Below the pieces are notes generated by a model that made no database searches, was not told the DNA's origin, and saw only the letters and a list, made by a program, of their open reading frames with translations. DNA of 64,000 nt from a virus. The stretch lies in the IMG/VR virus record IMGVR_UViG_3300035232_000453; one strand, given 5' to 3'. The translations under genes and the position numbers were made by a program. This document shows, piece after piece, positions 1-8,481 of this stretch (position 1 is its first letter; each line of letters opens with the position of its first letter).

Positions 1-1
1 C

Positions 2-493
2 ATTTTTTACATGTTGTGCGTCTTTAAATCTATCTCTTAATTTTGTAAAGTTTTCATCTGCTTCAGCTTCGTGAAAACTAATCATAAACACATCAAATTC
101 TGCAACATGATAGCTAGATACAATTTTATTTTGTACTGTTGTATGCGAAACACCATTAGTAGGCACTAACTGAATATCTCCCCAACTAACAGGTCTATTT
201 GTTCGTTTAACTACTCTGGGAAATGTATGAATTACATTTTTTGCAAGTCCATCACCTGGTTTGTATGTCCAAGGAAAATTAGGATTTATTTCAATATCAT
301 CAAATACTACCCACACCATGTCTGCTTTATCTTTATAAGTAGATGCTGTTTCCAGTAGTGAATCTTCGTCTTTTATTTTAACAGGAGTCTTAATAACTGG
401 ATATGAATCAAAAATAAATTTCTTTAATCTATCCCAAGGTGTTATAACATTCTGTCCTTGATATTCTCTTTGTACATTGTGTAAATTAATCAT
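2..493 (-). CDS. Glycosyltransferase-like protein, partial (runs off the window start)
   Basis: Not in ORF track. ATG at 493 overlaps the end of the 486..1136 gene and reads MINLHNVQREYQGQNVITPWDRLKKFIFDSYPV...FDVFMISFHEAEADENF..., resembling the FDIVFISYDEPNADENY start of the 63142 ORF. Confidence 0.65.
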   Translation of the reverse strand, partial: MINLHNVQREYQGQNVITPWDRLKKFIFDSYPVIKTPVKIKDEDSLLETASTYKDKADMVWVVFDDIEINPNFPWTYKPGDGLAKNVIHTFPRVVKRTNRPVSWGDIQLVPTNGVSHTTVQNKIVSSYHVAEFDVFMISFHEAEADENFTKLRDRFKDAQHVKN

Positions 494-1136
494 TGCAATC
501 GCCCTTAATTGTATATGCACGTGTTCCTATATGTGCAATTCTGTCACTTAACTCGTGACTAACATTTACTTCGTATCCATTTTCGTTTGCTAGATTACAA
601 AAGTAAATATCTTCTCCTACTAAACTAGTATAACCTTCGTTATACTCAATTTTATAATGAGGACGAGAAATATTTTCGTATACTTCTCTTTTTACTAACA
701 TCATTCCACTTCCTACGGCCCATACTTTTTCAATTCCTTTTCCTGTAAAAACTCTGCTATCTAAATTAGCTTTGCTTTTAAAGGCAACTGGCCTGTGGGG
801 CGGAACTCTTGTTGAGTAATTTCCAGCAACAATATCTTTGTTTGCTGCTAATAGTATATTTAGCGTATCTACTGGAAACTGCATGTCTGCATCAATCCAC
901 ATAATATGAGTGCAATCTGTTTCTAATGCTTGATCTACTAACTGTTGTCTTTGCATTGCAACTTCACTACCCATATTAAAATGTAATGAAGTTGCAAGCC
1001 CAGTTTCGCCACACTTTTTTTGAAGCATGGCTAAACTATAGGCAAAGACCGCTGTAGTCTGATTTTGCACAGGAACACAAATTGCCACATTAGCGGAATT
1101 GTCTTTCTTGTAATAATGGTTAGTTACACTGACCAT
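486..1136 (-). CDS. GT-A fold (GT2-like) glycosyltransferase
   Basis: THIMWIDADMQFP DxD motif, GSGMMLVKREVY and GEDIYFC motifs typical of GT2-like enzymes. Confidence 0.75.
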   Translation of the reverse strand: MVSVTNHYYKKDNSANVAICVPVQNQTTAVFAYSLAMLQKKCGETGLATSLHFNMGSEVAMQRQQLVDQALETDCTHIMWIDADMQFPVDTLNILLAANKDIVAGNYSTRVPPHRPVAFKSKANLDSRVFTGKGIEKVWAVGSGMMLVKREVYENISRPHYKIEYNEGYTSLVGEDIYFCNLANENGYEVNVSHELSDRIAHIGTRAYTIKGDCND

Positions 1137-1139
1137 TAA

Positions 1140-1562
1140 TTATTTTTCAGAAGCTAGTTCTGACTGAAGTTCAGCTTCAATTTGCTGTACTTCGTAATTT
1201 AATTGTTTAGCAATCGAAGTTGCTTCTTTGACACATGCCGAGAATGCCTCATCTTGTAATGAAACCATATAGTTCATATGTTCTGGTTGTACCTTACCTA
1301 ATGTAAGAATGTCAATTGCTGCCAATTTTGCTAAACGGTGTACCCAATATTCTTCTTCATTACTTTCAATGTCTCTCATCAGAGATTCAATATCATGCTT
1401 CTCTGAGAAATCTTTATAAATGATTTCTAATATTGGTAGATCTGGATGTTGTTGTTCACGAGCTTGTAATAGCTCTGTTGTTAGTGCTTGTGCTTTTCGA
1501 CCCAGTGTCGGATGTGCACCTAACACAAACGTTTCAATTTCAAAACGTGTTCTTATACTCAT
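1140..1562 (-). CDS. Hypothetical phage protein
   Basis: 140-aa ORF with AGGAG RBS, first gene after a consensus sigma70 promoter. Confidence 0.7.
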   Translation of the reverse strand: MSIRTRFEIETFVLGAHPTLGRKAQALTTELLQAREQQHPDLPILEIIYKDFSEKHDIESLMRDIESNEEEYWVHRLAKLAAIDILTLGKVQPEHMNYMVSLQDEAFSACVKEATSIAKQLNYEVQQIEAELQSELASEK

Positions 1563-1603
1563 TGTTTTCTCCTGTGGTTGAGTTTACTTTTGTAAGTTAG
1601 TAT

Positions 1604-1632
1604 ATTATACTATAAAGTAATAACGCTGTCAA
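1604..1632 (-). promoter_or_regulatory. Consensus sigma70 promoter TTGACA-N17-TATAAT
   Basis: Minus strand: TTGACA (1632-1627) gcgttattactttatag TATAAT (1609-1604). Confidence 0.85.
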
Positions 1633-1651
1633 TTAAATAACAGCGTTATTA
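1618..1651 (-). terminator. Inverted repeat / probable terminator after the fibre operon
   Basis: taataacgctgt-N10-acagcgttatta stem; overlaps the -35 box of the downstream promoter. Confidence 0.6.
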
Positions 1652-1674
1652 TTAGTTTTATTTAGCTAATTAAA

Positions 1675-1860
1675 TTAACCGTGTGAACCTGTTGGGTTCG
1701 GGTTTTGCCATCCACCAAACGTAGCTGAAAGCTGAATGTTTGTTGTTACTGATGGTGAAATGTAGTTACCTAATGTACTCATAGAAATTGTTCCACTTAG
1801 TCCAAAGTAGTTACGTACTGTTCCCATTGTCATTGCGGCGCCTGTTGCTGGTAATGCCAT
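1675..1860 (-). CDS. Small virion protein resembling the N-terminal attachment module of fibre-tip adhesins
   Basis: MALPATGAAMTMGTVRNYFG start, AGGAG RBS, late box GATAAATA at 1917-1924, directly downstream of a fibre gene. Confidence 0.55.
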   Translation of the reverse strand: MALPATGAAMTMGTVRNYFGLSGTISMSTLGNYISPSVTTNIQLSATFGGWQNPNPTGSHG

Positions 1861-1956
1861 ATTGTGACTCCTTGCTTGTAATTATCGATAATTGCATGCT
1901 ATAGTGCTTGCTATTATATTTATCTTATATACTTCATAGCATATAGTAGTATATTA

Positions 1957-4068
1957 TTATTTATTTTTTTCTGCTCGTTCTTGCTCTTTTTTTGCTTGAG
2001 CCATATATAATGTTTGCAAATCATATATATGTTTTTTCATATCTTCTATAGTTTTTTGTTGTTCTTTGATTGCTTCAATTAGTAATCCAGATATATTTCC
2101 GTATGCTACAGACTTCATTCCATCGGCATCAGTGTGAACTACTTCTGGGAAGAACTCTTCTATTTCTTGTGCAATAACACCAGTGCTATGTCTGCCGTCT
2201 TTTTCGAAATTAACACCTCGTAAACAATTAACTACGTCTACTGCATTAGTTATTGTTTCTACGTTTCTTTTCAACCTTTGATCTGAATAAGCAGTAACGT
2301 CACCAGTTGCAGTAAAGTCACCCGTGTAACTTCCACTCATTGTGAATTCTGTACCAGTTAATGTTAATCCATTACCTGCTGTATATGTTGTATTTGTATC
2401 TGTTGAAGATATAACATTAGAACCATCTATTGCTACATTTGTTCCAGCTGTGTATGTTGTGTTAGTATCAGTGTTTGTATCCGTGCTACTAATAGTAAAG
2501 TTAGGATAAGTTCCACTGATACTTGTAGCACCCGAACCTGTCAGACTTACAGTTTGATCTGGTGCAGTATTTTGAAACTCTGTTCCAACTAAGTTTAATC
2601 CTGTGCCTGCTGTATATGTTGTGTTTGTGTCAGTAAAAGATGTAATATATCCTGCACCGTTAGTTAACTGATTGTTATTAGTAGGTATTGTTGGCTTATT
2701 AGATAAGTCATTATAATTAATTGTTCCTACACTTGTTAAATATCCGCTATCATTTGTAAATGTGCTTACATTGGTTGGTATACGTGCATCTACTCTAGCA
2801 TTTGTATAATATAAATTTCCTGCTTCTGTAATATCGTCTGTATCTAATGCGCCTGTTCCGCCTGTTACTGCACTATCTACATATGCCTTGGTTGCGGCAT
2901 GATTTGCACTACTTGGTGCACCACTTAATGTAAGTGTGCCCGTCATTGTGTCGCCAGATTTAGAAACTTTTGTTCCTATTTGTGTGCTGAGTGTTGTGCT
3001 GAGATTTGCATCATCGCCAAGTGCTGCAGCTAATTCGTTTAATGTGTCTAGCGTTCCTGGTGCGCCATCAACTATTGCAGAAATTTCTGCATCGGTATAT
3101 GCGTTTGCAGTTGTTACTGCATCTGCTTCGGCTGTATCTGCATATGATTGTGCTGATGCCAGTGCTGCGTTTGCTTTAGAAGTTGCATCACTTGATGCAG
3201 TTGAAATTGCGTCTGCTTCGGCTGTGTCTGCATATGCTTTTGCATCCACTAGTGCTTGGTTAGCCTTAGTAGTTGCGTCTGTTGCCGCTGCATTAATTGC
3301 CGCTAATTGAGCCGCATTTGCTTTAGAAGTTGCGTCTGTTGCCGCTGCATTAATTGCCGCTAATTGAGCCGCATTTGCTTTAGAAGTTGCGTCTGTTGCC
3401 GCTGTACTAATTGCATCTGTTTCAGCGGTGTCTACATATGTTTCTGTAGCATAGCTCTTCGTTCCTAGTAGCGTGTTTACTTGTGCATCTGTGTAATATA
3501 AATTAGTACTACCTTCTGCTATATCATCTGTATCTAACACAACTGAACCAGTTGCTGAATTAACACTTACTACTGGTGCTGTGGTTGCAGAAAAACTAAT
3601 TACACCTGTTGTACTATTGTATGCTAAATCACCGCTTACACTAATAGCACTTCTAGATCGTGCATCCGTATAATATAAATTACTACCTTCTGACAAATCG
3701 CTAGTGTCTGCTGATGCTAGTTTCGAATCCCAACGTGCAGCAGTATAGTATAAATTTGTACCTTCGCTTAAATGTGTAGTTGTTTTGGAACTTAGATCTA
3801 AATTAGCACCTGTTTGTAAAGTTATACGTGCATCAACTAATGCATCATCATAAAATAGATTTGTTGTGCCTTCTGTTAAATTGTCTGTATTGATACTAAC
3901 CTCTACACCATCAGCAATATTTACGTTCTGTAATGTAATTGTTCCTCCGCTGTGTGTTAGAACATCGGTACCATTGATTTGCAATACATCAACATTACTA
4001 TTTGCCACAATTGGGGCAAGTGGATCTGCATCATGTATTACTGTTTTGTTTCCTATAATAAAAGCCAT
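1957..4068 (-). CDS. Tail fibre protein with C-terminal intramolecular chaperone (peptidase S74-like)
   Basis: TDxLxEGxxNLYYT repeats, GAPGTLDTLNELAAALGDD motif, C-terminal AYSDQRLKRNV...GVIAQEIE...LIEAIKEQ. Confidence 0.85.
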   Translation of the reverse strand: MAFIIGNKTVIHDADPLAPIVANSNVDVLQINGTDVLTHSGGTITLQNVNIADGVEVSINTDNLTEGTTNLFYDDALVDARITLQTGANLDLSSKTTTHLSEGTNLYYTAARWDSKLASADTSDLSEGSNLYYTDARSRSAISVSGDLAYNSTTGVISFSATTAPVVSVNSATGSVVLDTDDIAEGSTNLYYTDAQVNTLLGTKSYATETYVDTAETDAISTAATDATSKANAAQLAAINAAATDATSKANAAQLAAINAAATDATTKANQALVDAKAYADTAEADAISTASSDATSKANAALASAQSYADTAEADAVTTANAYTDAEISAIVDGAPGTLDTLNELAAALGDDANLSTTLSTQIGTKVSKSGDTMTGTLTLSGAPSSANHAATKAYVDSAVTGGTGALDTDDITEAGNLYYTNARVDARIPTNVSTFTNDSGYLTSVGTINYNDLSNKPTIPTNNNQLTNGAGYITSFTDTNTTYTAGTGLNLVGTEFQNTAPDQTVSLTGSGATSISGTYPNFTISSTDTNTDTNTTYTAGTNVAIDGSNVISSTDTNTTYTAGNGLTLTGTEFTMSGSYTGDFTATGDVTAYSDQRLKRNVETITNAVDVVNCLRGVNFEKDGRHSTGVIAQEIEEFFPEVVHTDADGMKSVAYGNISGLLIEAIKEQQKTIEDMKKHIYDLQTLYMAQAKKEQERAEKNK
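3271..3404. repeat. 57-bp in-frame tandem repeat (about 2.35 copies) in fibre gene
   Basis: Unit agttgcgtctgttgccgctgcattaattgccgctaattgagccgcatttgctttaga starts at 3271, 3328 and (partial) 3385. Confidence 0.9.
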
Positions 4069-4083
4069 TATCTACTCCATCTT

Positions 4084-4734
4084 TTATGTATTTATCACTT
4101 TAACTGCAAATACATTCCAACATGGATATTTTCCCCACTCGTTATGAGATTGTAATACAGTATCATCTAATATTTTGATATTCAAATAATCAAATTCATT
4201 CCATGTATGTTTTTCTACAGTAGGTGGTTGAAAATTGTATGGATTGTTTGGGAATTCTTCAATTTTACCAGGTTCTGGAATAAATTCTTCATCTATATTA
4301 TTATGCCCGCTTTGATTAATATATATTCCATTATCTTTAAGTACGGCACGTAGTTGTTGATGATAAAATAGTCTTTGTTGTTGTTTATTATCTACTGTAT
4401 GAATTGATGTACAAAACTGATGGAAATATCCAAAGTCAATTACAACATCATATGTATTGTTACTCCAATTTTGTTCTTCTAAATTCTTAAATTCAAATGT
4501 TACATTACTATGTTTTGCAGTTGCTTGTTTTATTGCTTCTTTAGAATTATCAATAGCATGAACATTAAAGCCTTGTTCTGCTAGATAAAATGCATTTCTT
4601 CCTATTCCACATCCAATGTCTAATATTGTTGCATTTTGTGGGAATTTACTTATACATTGTTTAAGGAATAATGCAGGTTCGTGTCCCCATGCAGGGTTGC
4701 CTTTTTTATATATACTATCAAATGAATAAGTCAA
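4084..4734 (-). CDS. Class I SAM-dependent methyltransferase (TehB-like)
   Basis: ILDIGCGIGRNAFYLAEQGFNVHAIDNS motif I; TTG start with AGGAG RBS. Confidence 0.85.
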   Translation of the reverse strand: MTYSFDSIYKKGNPAWGHEPALFLKQCISKFPQNATILDIGCGIGRNAFYLAEQGFNVHAIDNSKEAIKQATAKHSNVTFEFKNLEEQNWSNNTYDVVIDFGYFHQFCTSIHTVDNKQQQRLFYHQQLRAVLKDNGIYINQSGHNNIDEEFIPEPGKIEEFPNNPYNFQPPTVEKHTWNEFDYLNIKILDDTVLQSHNEWGKYPCWNVFAVKVINT

Positions 4735-4747
4735 TTAATGACTCCTA

Positions 4748-5908
4748 TTAGGGAGTAGACTGAAAAGTTGATGGTACAAATTGTACCCATGCTGTTCCGT
4801 CATATCCTTCAAACATACTTGTTCCTTCGTTAAAGAACATCATTCCTGCCACTGCTGGTGATGGACGATCTACTGTTAAGCCTTTTGGTAATCTAAATAC
4901 ATCAGGAGAAAGTGAGCCTGAGTTATCAATTACAACTTGTCCTTGCGAATTAATAATACCACCTTCGAGGTTACCTGTAACATTACCATCTACATTACCT
5001 ACAAGGTTACCTAAAACATCACCAACAACGCCGCCTTGTATGTTTGCGTAAACAATTGGTTTAGGTACGGCAGTATCATCAATAATAAGTGTAGAACCAG
5101 TTCTATCATAAACTGCACCGTTCCAATTACCAAAAGCAGTTGTTCCAGTAAAGTCTGCACTACCACCAGTAAATGTAGCAATGCCACTAATATTAGTAGT
5201 GCCTGCATTTAATGTTGTAGTGGTTGCTGAATCAACCGTTAAGGCAGAATCTAAATTTCCAGTTCCGCTTTCTAAAATTTTATTTGCACCAGTTGGGTTG
5301 TAAACATCACCATATGCATCGCCCACTAGTCCACCTGTAAATGTAGTAGTTGTGCTTGATACATCAACAATAACGTTTCCACTATTATCAACTACATCGC
5401 CACGATATGTTGCTGGTGTACTTGCATCTCCTGGGTTTAAAACAATTGATGTTGCGTCTGTTTCGTCTGCTAAGTTATAACCAACTTTAGTAGCATATGC
5501 AGAGTCTGTATCAGTAAAACTAATAACACCTGTTGCACTATCATAAGATAAACTACCAGTTGCTGATATGGCTGCTCTTGCATCTGCATCTGTATATTGT
5601 GTTGGTAAATTACCTGCAATAATTGTATCTGCAGTAATTGTTCCTACTGTAATACTACCTTTTACTATGCTTGCATCTAAGGCACTTACATCATTAATAG
5701 TAGAAGGTGATAATTGAATTGAATCAAGTAAAAGAAAGTTGTTTGTTTCACTATCTCTAACAAGACCTGCATATGTAGTTGGTCCTAGTTTTCCTAAAAA
5801 CCCAACATCTGTTGCTTGTAATCCATCTTTATTTAATATTAATAGTGGGTCAGAAAACCCAACATCTGTACTAATTATATTAGTAGTTTGTATTCCTCTA
5901 AATGCCAT
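4748..5908 (-). CDS. Virion structural/fibre-like protein
   Basis: G/T-rich beta repeats and C-terminal LPKGLTVDRPSPAVAGMMFFNEGTSMFEGYDGTAW motif common in phage structural proteins; late box GATAAATA at 5934-5941. Confidence 0.65.
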   Translation of the reverse strand: MAFRGIQTTNIISTDVGFSDPLLILNKDGLQATDVGFLGKLGPTTYAGLVRDSETNNFLLLDSIQLSPSTINDVSALDASIVKGSITVGTITADTIIAGNLPTQYTDADARAAISATGSLSYDSATGVISFTDTDSAYATKVGYNLADETDATSIVLNPGDASTPATYRGDVVDNSGNVIVDVSSTTTTFTGGLVGDAYGDVYNPTGANKILESGTGNLDSALTVDSATTTTLNAGTTNISGIATFTGGSADFTGTTAFGNWNGAVYDRTGSTLIIDDTAVPKPIVYANIQGGVVGDVLGNLVGNVDGNVTGNLEGGIINSQGQVVIDNSGSLSPDVFRLPKGLTVDRPSPAVAGMMFFNEGTSMFEGYDGTAWVQFVPSTFQSTP

Positions 5909-5965
5909 GATACAATTCCTTTAATTATAGTAGTATTTATCACAAACAAACTTTTACACGGCCAT

Positions 5966-5993
5966 AAAAAAAGCAGGGCTTTCACCCTGCTTT
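5966..5993 (-). terminator. Rho-independent terminator
   Basis: AAAGCAGGG-TGAAAG-CCCTGCTTT followed by T-run on minus strand. Confidence 0.85.
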
Positions 5994-6014
5994 AGTTTTG
6001 TAATTAAAGTTTAA

Positions 6015-8336
6015 TTACTTCTTTTTTAGTTCTTCTACTTGAGCTGATAATTCCTTAACTGCTTCAATTAGTAGACCTGTAATGTTTCCGTATGCTACTG
6101 AATGAACACCTTCTGCATCTGTATGTACTGCTTCAGGAAGTACTGCTTTAAGTTCCTGAGCGATAACACCTGTTGATACTGAACCGTCTTCAATTCTTTC
6201 AAATGTAACACCACGAATTGCTTCAACTCTACCTAATGCACCGTCAATAACTTGAACGTTAGTTTTTAAGCTATCATCTGAATAAGCAGTAATATCACCA
6301 GTTGCTGTAAAGCTACCAGTGTATGAACCACTCATTTTGAACTCTGTGCCACTTAACGTCATACCGTTACCTGCTGTGTAAGTAGTATTTGTATCAGTGT
6401 ATCCAGTAATATAACCAGCACCGTTAGTTAGCTGGTTGTTATTAGTTACATTTGTAGCGCCTGTGGCAATACCGTCTAACTTAGTCTTCAATGTAGAAGT
6501 AAAGTTTTTCTGAGTTAAGCCACCATCGCCTACTGAATACGTAGTATCCGAGTCTGCCGCTAATGCTGATGCCAATGCTGCGTTTGCTTTAGTAGTTGCA
6601 TCACCTGCCGCTGTAGAAATAGCTGCTGCCTGTGCCGCATTTGCTTTAGAAGTTGCATCTGTTGCCGCTGTAGAAATAGCGTCTGCCTCAGCTGCGTCTG
6701 CTTTAGTAGTTGCGTCTGTTGCCGCTGCACTAATTGCCGCTGCCTGTGCTGCATTTGCTTTAGAAGTTGCGTCTGCAGAAGCAGTAGAAGCCGCTGATGA
6801 AGTAACACTAGAGATTGCTGAACTTAGTTCTGCATCTGTTGCCATTGCATCTTGGATTTCTTTAAGCGTATCAAACGCTGCGCCTGCACCGTTAGTTACT
6901 GACGAAATAGCTGCTGCCTGAGCTGCATCTGCTTTAGCAGTTGCGTCTGCACTTGCAGTTGCTTCTGCTGCCGCCTGTGCCGCATTTGCTTTAGAAGTTG
7001 CATCTGCTGCCGCTGTACTAACTGCATCTGATTCTGCTGTATCAGCATAAGTTTGTGCTGATGCCAACGCTGCATTTGCTTTAGTAGTTGCGTCTGTTGC
7101 CGCTGCCGACTCTGCGTCTGCTTCGGCTTGGTCTGCATATGATTTAGCTGCTACCAATGCCGCATCTGCTTTAGAAGTTGCATCGCTTGCCGCTGTACTA
7201 ATTGCATCTGCTTCGGCTGTATCTGCATATGATTGTGCTGATGCCAGTGCTGCGTTTGCTTTAGAAGTTGCATCTGCTGCCGCTGCCGACTCTGCGTCTG
7301 CTTCGGCTTGGTCTGCATATGATTGATATGCAGTTGTAATTGCAGTTTCACGTGTATCAGTATATGCTTTAGCATCTACTTCAGCTGCATTTGCTTTAGA
7401 AGTTGCATCTGCACTTGCAGTTGCTGTAGCTGCCGATACTGCGTCTGCTTCAGCTGTATCTGCATAAGTTTGTAATGCTGATGTTTGAGCTGAATCTGCC
7501 GCTGCCCATGCTGTATTAATTGCAGTTTCACGTGTATCAGTATATGCTTTAGCGTCTGCTTCGGCTTGATCTGCATATGTGTTTGATGCAGTTACGTTAA
7601 GTGCCATTTGAGCATCTACATAAGCTTCGTTTGTTTTAGTGTTAATTGCAGTTAAGTTAGAAGCAATTGCAACTGTGTTAGTGGCAATGTCTGCTGCGTT
7701 TGTGGCAATATTTGTGTTTGCAGTAACAATATCTGCTGAGTTAGTTGCAATTGAGTTAGTTACTGTTGTACTAAAGTTTGCATCATCACCCATAGCATTA
7801 GCAAGTTCGTTTAGTGTATCCATCGCACCAGGGGCGCCATTTACTAAGTTTGAAATTGCACTATCTACATAGCTTTTGTTTGCTGCATCAGTACTAGCTA
7901 CTGCTGTACCAATGTTAGTGACTAAATTGTTGTTCATATCAATTTTGTCACCGAAAGAAACGGCGTTTCCTGCCGAATCAGTAATGTTATTTCCGGTCGC
8001 GATTTGAAGCGTACCGTTTACGTTGACTGTAGTTGCTGACTGAAGTGCTAAAACACCTGTACCAGTTGTTTTAACTGTTAAGCCTTGGTCTTCATCTGCA
8101 CTAACAACAATTGTTCCAGAATCATCTTGTAGAACTTTTTGGTTGTTAATGAATAACGAACCTTCTGATAGATATAAGTCTCTCCACTTTGCAGTAGTTG
8201 AACCTAAGTCAAAACCAGTAGAACCGTTTGAATCTACGTTAGGTAGAATGTGTCCACCCATAGTTAGATTTGCTAATAATTCAGAAGCATCATCAGTTTT
8301 AAAACCACCGTCAATTATAAATTTTCTTTGTGCCAT
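6015..8336 (-). CDS. Tail fibre protein with Ala-rich coiled-coil repeats and C-terminal S74-like chaperone
   Basis: Start reassigned to MAQRKF (AAGGAG RBS); DATSKANAA repeats; AYSDDSLKTNV...GVIAQEL...LIEAVKEL. Confidence 0.85.
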   Translation of the reverse strand: MAQRKFIIDGGFKTDDASELLANLTMGGHILPNVDSNGSTGFDLGSTTAKWRDLYLSEGSLFINNQKVLQDDSGTIVVSADEDQGLTVKTTGTGVLALQSATTVNVNGTLQIATGNNITDSAGNAVSFGDKIDMNNNLVTNIGTAVASTDAANKSYVDSAISNLVNGAPGAMDTLNELANAMGDDANFSTTVTNSIATNSADIVTANTNIATNAADIATNTVAIASNLTAINTKTNEAYVDAQMALNVTASNTYADQAEADAKAYTDTRETAINTAWAAADSAQTSALQTYADTAEADAVSAATATASADATSKANAAEVDAKAYTDTRETAITTAYQSYADQAEADAESAAAADATSKANAALASAQSYADTAEADAISTAASDATSKADAALVAAKSYADQAEADAESAAATDATTKANAALASAQTYADTAESDAVSTAAADATSKANAAQAAAEATASADATAKADAAQAAAISSVTNGAGAAFDTLKEIQDAMATDAELSSAISSVTSSAASTASADATSKANAAQAAAISAAATDATTKADAAEADAISTAATDATSKANAAQAAAISTAAGDATTKANAALASALAADSDTTYSVGDGGLTQKNFTSTLKTKLDGIATGATNVTNNNQLTNGAGYITGYTDTNTTYTAGNGMTLSGTEFKMSGSYTGSFTATGDITAYSDDSLKTNVQVIDGALGRVEAIRGVTFERIEDGSVSTGVIAQELKAVLPEAVHTDAEGVHSVAYGNITGLLIEAVKELSAQVEELKKK

Positions 8337-8443
8337 TTTATTGACTCCTTTTTGATCAAAAAAGTTATGATACATAGAGTATCATACATATTTATTTCTT
8401 TTTCTTAATTGTAAACAACTATTATAAGCAGTTTCCAATTAAT

Positions 8444-8467
8444 GGGACGTTGCTTTCACAACGCCCC
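8444..8467 (-). terminator. Hairpin, probable terminator or stabiliser
   Basis: GGGGCGTTG-TGAAAG-CAACGTCCC on minus strand; same loop as the 5966 terminator but poor U-tract. Confidence 0.5.
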
Positions 8468-8481
8468 TAGTTTTTTAGGTA

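Noticed and set aside
3240-7600. Repeats in fibre genes as a CRISPR-like or guide array
   Set aside because: Units are multiples of 3, encode DATSKANAA peptide repeats and lack unique spacers.
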